Origin: Isurus oxyrinchus | Taxonomy: Eukaryota | Assembly: GCA_026770705.1 (NCBI GenBank) | Contig: JANJGN010000026.1 | Location: 38,812,001-38,876,000, forward strand | Direction: 5' to 3' | DNA: 64,000 nt | Shown: one piece after another, positions 37,323-49,529 of the stretch | Layout: each line of letters opens with the position of its first letter | Numbering within the stretch: position 1 is the stretch's first letter | The notes under the pieces: generated by a model | Seen by the model: the letters and a program-made list of their open reading frames with translations, nothing else | Told to the model about the DNA's origin: nothing | Databases searched by the model: none | Translations under genes and position numbers: made by a program

Positions 37323-38904
37323 CTCCAGGGGTTGGATTCTGTTGTTAATGACATCCAGGAATGAACCATGTTCATCCTGATAGTTGGACTTTGTTTCTGC
37401 TGATGTTAATAACCCCATATAATGGTGTGAATTTAATGTTGTGACAAGTGCCAAATAAATCAGCATTATTTCAAACAAATAGTATGTTGTGCGCTTGATT
37501 TCTCTAACAGTGACCATAGTCCCACAGCATCTCTCCTACCTTCGATGTGTGAAGAGACCATCACACCTATAAACCTGGTTTAAATTTAAATCTGAATCCA
37601 CTCAGCAAATTAATTTAACAAAAGGTGAAGAGCAAACCGATCACATCAAATAATTGGCAAAAAGCCAGAGGGGAGATGAGAAAAGATGTTTTACTGAGCG
37701 AGTTGTGATTTGGAACACACTGCCTGAAAGGTGAACGCAGACTCTATAGGAGCTTTCAAAAGAGAATTGAATCTCTAGCTACAGGGCTCTGGGGAAAGGG
37801 CAGGGGAGTGGGACTAATTGGCAGCTCTTTGAAAGATGACCTGGCTCTTTATGCAGTTCTATATTGACAAGTGACAGTCTGATGTCCAACTCCCCAGGAA
37901 TAAGGAACGATCTTGGCTCTCTGAAAACCCCTTCAGCTCTTTGTAAGTGTCTTTCAAACGCTGACAGATTCTTTCTTTCTTTTGAAATTCCATTTCCATG
38001 TTAGGGGATGCAGACAGTGCTGGACATAGAGGGAGCAGCAAACCTGGTTCAGAATGGACACGCTTGGGTTCGTGTTTGGCCTGGCTTTCTGCTGAGCATG
38101 TGCTGGGGCCCCGTGGGCCTTCACTGCTCAGGGACATTTCTGAGTATGTCATAGGCACCATTAGATATAGGAGGAGGCCATTCAGCCCCTCAAACCTGCT
38201 CCACCAGTTAGGTCAGGGTTGATTTCTATCCGAACTCCATTGACCTGCCTTTTAAGATGATGTTGTCCCCTTGTTCTCAATTCCCCCACCAGAGGAAATA
38301 GCTTCTCTACTTTGACCCGATTGGCTCATCAAGCAGATTTTGATCATTTCCCCTTAATCCAGAACAACTGTATAAGTTTATCTTTACATTCCAGGAGCAG
38401 CAGTACTCCTGGAATTGTTTATCACAAGGAATTCACTACATCCGTGATCTGGCCCTGCTCAAACCATAACCACAAGGATATCTGTGCATTGTTCTGAGTG
38501 TGAGCACAAGGCTGTGTCACTATCACACACAGATACCGTTTCCTTGGTTCACATCTCCATACAAAGACCAGCTCTTTACGCATATCCCCTTTCTACACAA
38601 TTGCAGGAGACATGAGCAAGGATGTGAGGCTCATTAATATACACCCATATTTCATGACAGCAAAGGTTCCACTGGGACAAAGGTTCAGTCATTTTCCATC
38701 ACAGGCACATACAGAGCAGTACATGAGCTCACTGAAAGTTTAAGAGACTTTCATCAGCCTGCAGGCTCCTGTTAAATACAGAGCAGTACAGGAGCACATT
38801 GACAGTCTAACAGAGTCTCAACAGCCTGCAGGCTCCTCTCCAATACATTTACTGAGTGGATTTCAATTTAAACCAGGTTTTCAGATGTGATGCTCTAGTC
38901 ACAC

Positions 38905-39430
38905 ATTGGTCGCCACATTACCAGAAGGATATGGAGGCGTTGGAGAGGGTGCAGAGGACGTTTACCAGGATGCTGCCTGGTCTGGATGTTATTAGCTATG
39001 AGGAGGGGTTGGAGAAACTCGGATTGTTTTCACTAGAGCAACGGAGATTGAGGGATGACTTGATAGAAGTTTACAAAATTATGAGTGGCATGGACACAGT
39101 AGATAGTCAGAAGCTTTTTCCCAGGTGGAAGAGTCAATTACTAGGGGACATAGATTTAAGGTGAAAGGAGTAAACTTTAGAGGAGATGTGTGGGGCAAGT
39201 TTTTTACGCAGAGGGTAGTGAGTGTCTGGAATTCGCTGCCAGAGGAGGTGGTGGAAACAGGTACGATAGTGGTGTTTAAGAGGCAGTTTGACAAATATAT
39301 GAATAGATGGGAATAGAGGGATACGGACACCAGAAATGCAAAATGTTTTAGTTGACAGGCAATGTGATCGGCACAGGCTTGGAGGGCCGAAGGGCCTGTT
39401 CCTGTGCTGTACTTTTCTTTGTTCTTTGAG
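38905..39430 (+). mobile_element. CR1 LINE 3' fragment
   Basis: WSPHYQKD..LERVQRTFTRMLPG. Confidence 0.88.
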
Positions 39431-39704
39431 ATGCTATGGTACACACACTAAGTCCAGTAGCTGAACTAATTAACAGACTGAGTTTGGGTTTCCTGATCCA
39501 GTGCATGTTACTGATACCTTCCCTGGATCTCAAGGCTAAGACAGACACTCGGGAAGGTATGGGGAGCTGGGACTTGTCTATGAGAGTAACTGAAGGTCTG
39601 AGAACTGAAATAATCTAAAGTTAGAAAGGAGAAAAGGTTCAGTCCTGGACGTGATTCTTAGCAGCAACAACCGATTCTAACTTTGTCAGTAACATGTGAA
39701 GCCA

Positions 39705-40123
39705 CTAATGTTTCAGCAGGCTGTAAGACTGAGTAAATTGCTTCTCACATACAGAGCAGGTGAACGGTTTTTCTCCAGTGTGAACTCGCTGGTGTCTCAG
39801 CAGGCGGGATGAATCAATGAATCCTTTCCCACACTCAGAGCAGGTGAACAGCTTCTTCCCGCTGTGAGTACATTGATGCCTCAGCAGGCCGAACGAATGA
39901 GCGAATCCCTTCCCACACTCAGAACAGAGGAACGGCTCTCCCTGGTGAGGGTGCGTTGGTGTTTCAGCAGGTCATTGCTTCTTTTAAAGCTCTTTCTGCA
40001 TTCAGAACATTGAAAAGGTCTCTTATCAGTGTGAACGCGTTGGTGTTCAGTGCAGTAGGACAACTGAGCAAATCTCTTGCTACACACAGAGCAGGTGAAC
40101 AGCCTGTCCTCAGTGTGAGTGCG
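39705..40123 (-). pseudogene. Disabled 3' zinc fingers beyond the stop of the 40124-41245 ORF
   Basis: The same frame continues after TGA (RTHTEDRLFTCSVC..), then a 1-bp frameshift near 39940. Confidence 0.8.
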
Positions 40124-41245
40124 TCAGTGTCTCTGGAGGCTGGATGACTCAGTGAAACCCTTCCCACACACAGGGCATGTGAACCACCTCTCCCCAGTGT
40201 GAATAGTCCAGTGTCTCAGCAGGTGTTGTAAACAAGTAAATCTCTTCTTGCACACGGGGCAAAGGTACGGCCTCTCCCCAGTGTGAACACGCTCGTGTAT
40301 CACAAGGTGGGACAAACGAGGGAAACTCTTCCCACACATGGAACAGAGGAACGGCCTCTCCCCGGTGTGAACTCGCTGGTGCTTCAGCAGATAGCAGGAT
40401 CGAGTGAATCCCTTCCCACACAGCGAGCAAGTGAATGGCTTCTCCCCAGTGTGCACCCACTGGTGCTTCAGCAGGTCAGCTGGCTGAACGAATCCCTTCC
40501 TACCTGCGGAGGTGAACGGCCTCTCTCCAGTGTGAATACTCTCGTGTGTCAAAAGGTGTGAAAATCGAGTGAATGTCTTCCCACACACAGAGCAGAGGAA
40601 TGGCCTCTCCCTGGTGTGAACACGCTTGTGTGTCAGAAGGTGAATTGAATGAGTGAATCTCTTCCCACACACGGAGCAGGGGAACGGCCTCTCCCCAGTG
40701 TGAATGCACCGTTGTCTCAGCAAATTAATGCTTCTTTTGAAGGTCTTCTCACATTCAGTACATTTAAAAGGTCTCTTTTCTGAGTGGACCAATTGGTGCT
40801 CAGTGTAGTGGAAGGACTGAGCGAATCTCTTCCCACATTGGGAGCAGCTGAACGGCCTGTCCTTGGTGTGAACATGCTGGTGCTCAGTGAGATGCACTGA
40901 CTTGCTGAATGACTCCCCACATTGGGAGCAGCTGAACGGCCTCTCGTGTGTGTGAAGGAGCTGGTGCTCCACGAGGCAGGAGGACAGCCTGAACCTCTTC
41001 CCACAGTGGGAGCAGCTGAACGATCTCTCGTCAGTGTGAACTTGCTGGTGTTGGGCCAGTTCCTTGGAGATTTCAAAGCTTTTCTCAGAGTCAGAGTATT
41101 GAAGAGGATCCTCATAAATGTGATCAAGCTGGTGTGCCAGCCGGTTGGATGAACACATGAATTTCTTCCCACACACTGAGCAGGTGAACGGTCTCTCGCT
41201 ATTGTGAGTTCGCTGTCGTGTCAGCATGTTTACCAGCTCCATCAA
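40124..41245 (-). CDS. Tandem C2H2 zinc-finger protein (about 12 fingers), truncated or pseudogenising
   Basis: 373-aa ORF of CxxC..HxxxH/TGERPF repeats. Upstream acceptor near 41417. Confidence 0.8.
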   Translation of the reverse strand: MMELVNMLTRQRTHNSERPFTCSVCGKKFMCSSNRLAHQLDHIYEDPLQYSDSEKSFEISKELAQHQQVHTDERSFSCSHCGKRFRLSSCLVEHQLLHTHERPFSCSQCGESFSKSVHLTEHQHVHTKDRPFSCSQCGKRFAQSFHYTEHQLVHSEKRPFKCTECEKTFKRSINLLRQRCIHTGERPFPCSVCGKRFTHSIHLLTHKRVHTRERPFLCSVCGKTFTRFSHLLTHESIHTGERPFTSAGRKGFVQPADLLKHQWVHTGEKPFTCSLCGKGFTRSCYLLKHQRVHTGERPFLCSMCGKSFPRLSHLVIHERVHTGERPYLCPVCKKRFTCLQHLLRHWTIHTGERWFTCPVCGKGFTESSSLQRH

Positions 41246-41894
41246 TCCCTTCCTACAGGAGGAGCAGGGAAGCAGCCTCTCACCAGTTTCCAGCTGAAGC
41301 AGTCAATTAAATCCTTGCAGATGTATGAATCTTCAGATTCCAATGAACCGATTGACCCTGTCAGACGTGAGGTTTGGTTTGCTTTATCTGACTGCAAATC
41401 CTCCTCCTCTATTATCCTGTAAAGTAAGTTACAAACAGGCCATTCAGTCTATCCAGTTTGTACTGGAGTTTCTAGTCCACACAAGTCTCCCCCATTCTGC
41501 CAATCCCATCTCAGGCTTTCAGCTCATCTTTCTAATCCCTTTTCTCCCATGTTCTCATCTAGTTTCCTTCTAAAAATATCTGTTATTTTTCTTGACCACA
41601 TCCAGTAGTACTGAGTTCCACATTCTCATAGCTGTCTGAGGAACCATATATCTCCTGTGTTCTTCTTGGATTTATTTGTGTCTATTGTGTATTCATGACC
41701 CCCAGTATTGGTTAGACCTGCAAGTGGAAACATTCTGTCCACGTCTACCTGCCCAACACAATCAGAATTTAAAGACCTAGTTGACAAACATATCTCTCGA
41801 TTTGCTGTGTGTAAATCTTTCCCATTTAACCCCCGGAAAGGGAGTTTGCAAAATCCATCCCTGTCAGTCCAGGATAGGAATTCACCACATTCTC

Positions 41895-42620
41895 TCAGGT
41901 AAGCAAGTAGTTAGGAAAGCTAACAGAACGTTATTGTTTATTGTGAGGGAAATCGCATACAAAAGTAGGGAGGTTATGCTTCAGTTGTACGGGACACCCA
42001 TGAGAGATCTTGTAGTGTAGAGTATTTGAAGAAGGATATATATGCATTAGAAGCAGTTCCGAGAAGGTTTACCAGATTAATATCAAGAATGGGCAGATTA
42101 CCTTAAGAGGAAAGGTTGGACAGGCGAGGCTTGTGTCCACTGAAGTTTAGGAGAGTAAGAGGGGACTTGATTGAAACTTTTAAAATCCCGAGGGGAGGGT
42201 CTGATGAAGGGTCATACGGACTTGAAACATCAACTGTATCCCCCTCTACAGATGCTGTCAGAGCTGCTGAGTTTTTCCAGGTATTTTCATTTTTGTTCAA
42301 GATCTTGAGGGGCCTTGACAAGGTGGATGTGGAGAGGATGTTTCCTCTTGTGGGAGAATCTAGAATTAGGGGTCATTGATGAGGAGTTTTTTTCACTCAG
42401 AGGGTTGAGAGTCTTTGGAGCTCTCTTCCTCAAAAGGCGGTGGAAGCAGTCTTTTACTTTTAAGGCAGAGCTACATAGATTCCTAACAAGCAAAGAGGGT
42501 GGAAGGTTATCGAGGGTAGGCAGGAATGTGGGGTTTAGGTTACAATCAGTTCAGCCGTTATCTTATTGAATGGCGGAGCACGCTGGTGGGGACGAAAGGT
42601 CTGCTCCTCATTCACATGTT
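41895..42620 (+). mobile_element. CR1 LINE 3' fragment containing a Penelope-like terminal-repeat insertion (42196-42298)
   Basis: CR1 peptide RVRGDLIETFKI is interrupted and resumes as KILRGLDKVDVERMFP. Confidence 0.85.
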
Positions 42621-43110
42621 CCTACAGCCAGAGACGGTGATGACAGCGCATGCGCCTTGCTACAAGTTGCCCCCTAGAAAGATGGTGACTGCGCATGCGT
42701 CCTGCTGCTCTTTGCCCCCTCCCGATAAAGGTGGACCCGTTACCCCGGGTTTCAAAGCCGGGGAAGGGCCCATAGATGCCGCTCGGTGTAGCCGCAGGCC
42801 GATAGCCTCTTGGTTGGCATTTCTCGCCTACAATGGGTGTTTATGAAACCTTTCCGCCCACCCACGGCCCCTAATACCGCCACAGTGTGGTCTAAAACTC
42901 ACCGCCTGAAAATGCAATAAACAAGCGTCCGTCAATGACGTCACTCGCACTGCGCATGCTCCAAATCACTGCCCGTCTGGTTGACGGCAGCTGCGGACCA
43001 ATAGGAAGAGGGGGCGGGACTGTGTCGGAGACTAACCAATCGGAGTGAAAGAGGGGCGGGGCTAAGCCCAGATCTCCCTCATTGGCTGAAACTGCATCAT
43101 TTTGGAAGCT
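42620..43110 (-). promoter_or_regulatory. CpG-island promoter of the - strand ZNF gene
   Basis: GCGCATGCG sites, TGACGTCA (42936), CCAAT (about 42998, 43036), GGGGCGGG boxes. Homologous to 32230-32580. Confidence 0.7.
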
Positions 43111-43859
43111 GATTTGTCTCAAACTCCAGGAGAAAACTGGACCTTTCCGTTTGTGGCTTTAAACAGATGAAACCCTGTGGGTGTGAAGAACATTTCAACA
43201 TTTTTTAGTGAACTGCGGTAACATGAGGATAAAAGCACAATCAATTCAAGGGCTGACTTAAAGCAATAACTGGGCAGAGAGGGAATGTCATCTTCAGACC
43301 AAGGAGAGTCCCTGGTTTCAATAAATGAACTGGCAAGACAGGTTAGGACAGGTTAGGGATAAGGGTGACTTTCAAAACAACACAGATTATAAAGAAACAA
43401 CTGATCTCAAAGACAATCTCTGGCAGTGCTAACAGAAATTAACAATCAGACCTTAAGGGGTTAAAAGATATGTAAAAGCAAATTACTGAGGATGCTGGAA
43501 GTCTGAAATAAAAATATAGGTGCTGGAAAAACTCAGCAGTTCTGGCAGCATCTGTGAAAAAAGAAACAGAGTTAATGTTTTGAATCCAATATGACCCTTC
43601 TTCAGAACTGAATTAAATTATATATGTTTTCTATGTTGAATAATCAATTTAAAATCTGGAACTCGGATAGGGATGTGGATTGGTTTTCGCTGGGAAGATC
43701 TGGATTAGTATCTTACTCCAGGAAGCCTTAAAGTCAGAGTGGCAGTTTTTCAGAACTGAATCCTGTGAGAGCAGCAATCCCATTGCTATCTGTTAGTAAG
43801 ACCAATGAAAGTGTTTAAAGTGGAGACATTGGACATTTTTTTATTCATTAATGGGATTT

Positions 43860-44460
43860 TAGCATTAAGTATTTATTGCCCATCCCTAACTGCCCTTGAA
43901 GAAATGGTGGTGAGCCAACATATTGAACTGTTGCAGTCCATGTGGTGTAGGTACACCCACAGTGCTGTTAGGGAGGGAGTTCCAGGGTTTTGACCAAATG
44001 ACAGTGAGGGAACAGTGGTATATTTCCAAATCAGGATGGTGAATGGCTTGGAGGGGAACTTCCAGGTGGTGGTATATCCATGCATCTGCTGCCCTTGTCC
44101 TAGGTAGTAGAAGTCACAGGCTTGGAAGGTGTTGTCAAAGGAGCCTTCGTGAGTTGCTGTGGTGCATCTTGTAGATGGTACACATTGCTGCCATTGTGCA
44201 TTGGTGATGGACGGAGTGAATGTTGAAGGTGGTGGGTGGGCTATCAATCAAGCAGGCTGGAAGGTGTGGAAAATCTTGAATGTTTTTGGAGTGGCACTCA
44301 TCCAGGCAAGTGGAGAGTATTCCATTACATTCCTGACTTGTGCCTTGTAGAATATGGACAGGCTTTGGGGAGACAGGAGGTGGGCTATTCTGCACAGAGT
44401 TCCCAGCCTCTGACCTGCTCTTGTCACCACTGTATTTATATGGCTAGTCCCGTTCAGTTT
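43860..44460 (-). mobile_element. LINE 3' part (CR1-group) sharing its tail with the SINE
   Basis: LSIFYKAQVRNVMEYSPLAWMSA. Same family as 52017-52625. Confidence 0.8.
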
Positions 44461-44584
44461 CTGGAGGATGATGCACACAAGGAAGCTGTGAACAATCTGA
44501 GGGTCATAGTGAGGGGAAAGAAAGGTATCTGGAAAACAACAGACTCTTAATGTTGTTCCAGGAGAAGTGAGGTCTGGTTGTGCA

Positions 44585-44810
44585 GATAAAAACAGAAAAT
44601 GCTGGAAAAACTCAGCAAGTCTAGCAGCATCTGTGGAGAGAGAGGCAGAGTTAACGTTTTGAATCCATATGACTTCTTCAAAGCATCATATGGACTCGAA
44701 ACGTTTACTTTGTTTCTCTCTACACAGATTCTGCCAGCCCTGCTGAGTTTTTTCCAGCATTTTCTGTTTTTATTTCAGATTTTCAGCATCCGAGTATTTT
44801 GCTTTTATTT
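44585..44810. mobile_element. Head-to-head inverted pair of Penelope-like terminal repeats
   Basis: AAAACAGAAAATGCTGGAAAAACTCAGCA ... TGCTGAGTTTTTTCCAGCATTTTCTGTTTT. Confidence 0.75.
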
Positions 44811-45202
44811 TACTGGTTGTGCAGATGTCAGGTTTTACACAGGACGTGGTCAGCCTGTGGTTTCACCCTGTATGAGGAATCCCTGAATGGTACCATTCAA
44901 ATCGCTCGATGGAACATCATCTGCTTGGAGAGGATGGTTTGTGTTACAGCTAATGAGAAGCAGCACACACAGGCACACAAACTCATACACATGCACACCC
45001 ACATACTCAGACACACACACACACACACTTCGCTGATGTGTTGGAAGTTTAAATGACTGAGTGAATCCTTTCCGACACATGGAGCAGGTGAACAGCCTCA
45101 GCCCAGTGTGAACTGCCGCTGGAGATTGGATGAATCAGTGAATTCAATCTTATGATTGAACAGACAAATGGCCTTTACGTAGTGTGAATGTCCTGGTGAT
45201 TC

Positions 45203-46672
45203 ATCACAGAATCATACAGTGCAGAAGAGGCCCTTTGGCCCATCAAGTCTGCACCGACACGTGAGAAACACGTGACCTACCTACCTAATCCCATTTATCA
45301 GCACTTGGCCCATTGCCTTGAATGTTATGACGTGCCAAGTGCTCATCTGGGTACTTTTTAAAGGATGTTAGGCAACCTGCCTCCACCACCCTCCCAGGCA
45401 ACGCATTCCAGACCGTCACCACCCTCTGGGTAAAAATGTTTTTCTTCACATTCCCCCTAGACCTCCTGCCCCTCACCTTGAACTTATGTCCCCTCGTGAC
45501 TGACCTTTGAACTAAGGGGAACAGCTGCTCCCTATCCACCCTGTCCGTGCCCCTCATAATCTTGTACACTCGATAAGGTGGCCCCTCAGTCTTCTCTGCT
45601 CCAACGAAAACAACCCAAGTCTATCCAACCTCTCTTCATAACTTAAATGTTTCATCCTAGGCAACATCCTGGTGAATCTCTTCTGCACCCCGTCCAGTGC
45701 AATCAGATCCTTCCTATAATGTGGCAACAGAACTGCACACAGCTGTGGCCTCACTAAGGTTCTATACAACTCCAACATGACCTCCCTACTTTTGTAATCT
45801 ATGCCTCGATTGATGAAGGCAAGCATCCCATATGCCTTTTTCACCATCCCACTAACATGCCCCTGTGCCTTCAAAGATCTATGGACACACATGCCAAGGT
45901 CCCTTTGTTCCTCAGAACTTCCTAGTGTGACGCAGTTCATTGAATACTTCTTTGTGAAATTACTCCTTCCAAAGTGTATCACCTCGCACTTTTCAGGGTT
46001 AAATTCCATCTGCCACTTATCTGCCCATTTGACCATCCCGTCTATATCTTCCTGTAGTCCAAGACACTCAACCTCACTTTTAACTACCCAGCCAATCTTT
46101 GTGTCATCCACAAACTTACTAAACTTACCCCCTACATAGTCATCTATGTCATTTATATAAATCATGAATAATAGGGGACCCAGCACAGATCCCTGTGGTA
46201 CGCCACTGGACCTTGACTTCCAGTCACTAAAGCATCCTTCTGTCATCACCCTTTGTCTTCTACAACTAAGCCAATTTTGAATCCACCTTATCAAATTACC
46301 CTGTATCCTATGTGTATTTGCCTTCTTTATAAGTCTCCCATGTGGAACCTTGTCAAAGGTGTTGCTGAAATCCATATAAACTGCATCAACTACACTACCC
46401 TCATTGACACACCTGGACACCTCCTCAAAAAATTCAATCAAATTTGTTTGACATGACGTCCCTCTGACAAAGCCATGCTAACTATCCCTGATCAAACCTT
46501 GCTTCTCCACGTAGAGATAGGCACTCTCCTCCAGAGCTTTCTCCAATAGTTTCCCTACCACTGACGTGATATTCACTAGCCTGTAGTTCCCTGGCTTATC
46601 TCTACAACCCTTCTTATATAGCAGAACCACATTAGCTGTTCTCCAGTCCTCTGGCACCACCCCCGTGGCCAT
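45203..46672 (-). mobile_element. Young CR1 LINE, same subfamily as 34430-35365
   Basis: ORF 45554-46441 with SGVPQGSVLGPLLF and YINDID. 3' UTR nearly identical to 35281-35365. Confidence 0.93.
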
Positions 46673-46679
46673 ACTTAAG

Positions 46680-47850
46680 TTTCTTAGTTAACTATGGATT
46701 GTGCATCCTTCTCATAGAGTCATTCTTTGTCAATGGAATACATTGTTGTTCAGAGTTATGAATTAAATATCTGCCACTCCCGATCTACAGCCTTATCTTT
46801 CAACATATTGTTCCGGTCCACTGCAGCCAACCTCTGAGTTCATCCCTTTATCGTTGCCTTTATTTAACTTTAAGACCCAGTTTCAGACCTAGAGGTTCCT
46901 CATCGTCAAATTGAATGTAACGTTCTTTCATGTTATGATCACTCTTGACCAGATGATGTTTTAGTATGAAATCATTCCTAATTCTGCCTCATTACACATT
47001 TACTTGCCTGTTTCCTCATTAGTTCTAGAATATATTTTTGGATTAAACTGTCCTGATTATATTCAATGAACGCATCCTCCGCCAATTCGCTTTGTCCAAT
47101 TTATAAGCAAATTTACACTTACTCATGATTATTGAAGTACTTTTCTCACAAGTCCCCATGTTTTCTTCTGTTACTATCAATCCTACCACATCACTACTGT
47201 TCGATGACATATAAAATACTCCCAACAGTGGCTTCTTGGTCTCACTTGTATTATCTCCAAACAAGCTGATTCCACATCTTCATCTTCTGAGCCAAGATAA
47301 TTTCTCATGACTGTGCTGATTTCAGCCTTTATTACTATACCTAACCCGTGACTTTTTCATTTTGTTCTATCCTTCAGAAATGTCAAATACTCCTGAATAT
47401 TCAGCCCCCTGCCTTAAGAACGTTGCATACACATCCCTGTATTGGCTGTGATATCATACACCTTTATTTCTAATTGTTCCATCAATTCATACATCTTGTT
47501 ACAAATGCTGAAGCATTCAGATAAAGAGCTTTTAAATCTGTCTTTCTGTCAGTTTTCCCTACTCTGACCCTGCTTGCTGTTGCACTCTTATATTTGTACA
47601 ATCTGTTCCTTCCTATCACACTCTGGTTATCATTACCCATATTGCTAGCCTGCACTATTGCCTTGTCCTTTCCCGTCAACTTTCTAACTTTCCCTTCATC
47701 CCAAACCTGCCCCCTCCTCCACTATTTAGTTTAGAGCCCACTCTACAGCCCTATCTATGTGATTCACCTGGGCACTGATCCCAGTGTGGTTCAAGTGAAG
47801 GCCACCCCAATGCTATGGTTCCCTCTTTCCCCATTGTTGGTGCTAGTGGC
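46680..47850 (-). mobile_element. Old CR1 ORF2 5' (APE endonuclease) fragment
   Basis: Degenerate LKALYLNA and LLGVFY..NS peptides. Confidence 0.6.
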
Positions 47851-47879
47851 CCATGAATCAAAATCTATTTCTACCAACT

Positions 47880-48440
47880 GAGGGAGGGTCTGTACTGAGG
47901 GAGCGCTGCACTGTTGGAGAGTAAGCACTGAGGGAGCACTGCACTATCAGAGACGCAGAAGTGAGGGAGAGCTGCACTTTTGAAGAGTCAGTAATGAGGG
48001 AGTGCTGCACTGTCGGAAGGTCAGTACCAATGGGGAGCTGCACTGTTGGAGAGTCAGTAATGAGGGCGTGCTGCACTGTCAGAGTGTCAGTACTAAGGGA
48101 GTGCTGCACTGTCGGAGGGTGAGCACTGAGGGAGTGCTGCACTGTTGAAGACAGGTGAGATGTTAAACCACCACTTCGTTTGCTTTCTCTGGTGGATATA
48201 AAAGATCCCATGGCCGCTATTTGGAAGCCAAGAGGAGAAAGTTCTCCCCGGTGTCCTGGGGCCAATATTTATCCCTCTTCCAATGATCTGGGTCATTATC
48301 ACGTTGCTCTTTGTGGGAGCTTGCTGTGCACAAAATGGCGTCTCATTAGAACAGGGACAACATTTCAACAAGTGATATAATTGGCTGTGATGTTCTTTGG
48401 GACGTCCTTAAGCTGTGAAAGGCGCTAGAGAAATGCAATA
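47880..48440 (+). mobile_element. Deu-domain-type SINE (SacSINE1-like) with a tandemly amplified 33-bp head
   Basis: About 8 copies of ACTGAGGGAGTGCTGCACTGTCGGAGGGTCAGT, then AAAAGATCCCATGG..GTTCTCCCCGGTGTCCTGG..AATATTTATCCCTC. Family name is from recall. Confidence 0.65.
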
Positions 48441-49055
48441 CCTTCTATGGCTCTAGGACTGAGAGCTGGGTATTTCTGCTCTCGTCCGGGATCACTGCGT
48501 CTAAAAGTTGTCCCCCTTGCTAATTACCTGCCTAAGATTAGCTAAGCTGTAACTAATTACTTCATCTGCTTGAAGGGGAAAATACTTGCAGGGCTGTGGG
48601 CGGAAGAGCAGGGGGGACAGTTGGATTAATTGGATAGATCTTTCAAAGAGACTGCACAGGCACGATGGGCCGAATGGCCTCCTCCTGTGCTATAAATCTC
48701 ATAAATTTGGTGGCATCCCTTCGTTGCAGGAAACCAATGGATTAAACAGATAAATGGTAAGGTGAAACACGGTGAGACCCAGTAGTAGTCGACAGACACT
48801 TAGTGAATTTAATATTCTCTCTCCTTGTTAAATGTTTAATTCTGGCTGGACTTAGATTTCTCATTAAACCCTTACCTGCTGCTAAGAGGCGAGTGATGGA
48901 TCCCCCAGGCGGGATCCCTCAACTCTTAAACCCCTCCCCAGGACTGCAATGGTTAGTGGGGGGAATTAATTTCTGGTCTGTTGAGTTGTAATCCGATTGG
49001 GTGTCTGGCTTATTGTGAGAGAACATCAAACTGACAGGGAGAGGGATGATGTTGA

Positions 49056-49284
49056 NNNNNNNNNNNNNNNNNNNNNNNNNNNNNNNNNNNNNNNNNNNNN
49101 NNNNNNNNNNNNNNNNNNNNNNNNNNNNNNNNNNNNNNNNNNNNNNNNNNNNNNNNNNNNNNNNNNNNNNNNNNNNNNNNNNNNNNNNNNNNNNNNNNNN
49201 NNNNNNNNNNNNNNNNNNNNNNNNNNNNNNNNNNNNNNNNNNNNNNNNNNNNNNNNNNNNNNNNNNNNNNNNNNNNNNNNNNNN
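49056..49284. other. Assembly gap
   Basis: Run of N. Confidence 1.
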
Positions 49285-49529
49285 AGAGTTCAGTACAGGC
49301 AGCACCAGTGCAGCCCTGAATGATCGAGAACATCTCTCTCTGCCGGAGTGAGACTGTCCGCTATGTGGATGCTGCAGGGAAGGAAGATTGGAAGGACACT
49401 CTCAATGAGGAACTCGGTCTCTGGACGGAGCGGAAGTGAATGTGCTACCCAATTTTCAACACCAAGTTATCAAGGGGAGAAAACAGGAATGAAACACCAG
49501 TGGCGAAAGGTTGGTGATGCAGGTTGATA

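Noticed and set aside
38040-38700. Possible signal-peptide exon plus downstream exon of an unknown gene
   Set aside because: Stops occur in the candidate frames and no family is recognisable. It cannot be supported without a search.
48919-49351. ORFs spanning the N run
   Set aside because: Artefacts of the assembly gap.
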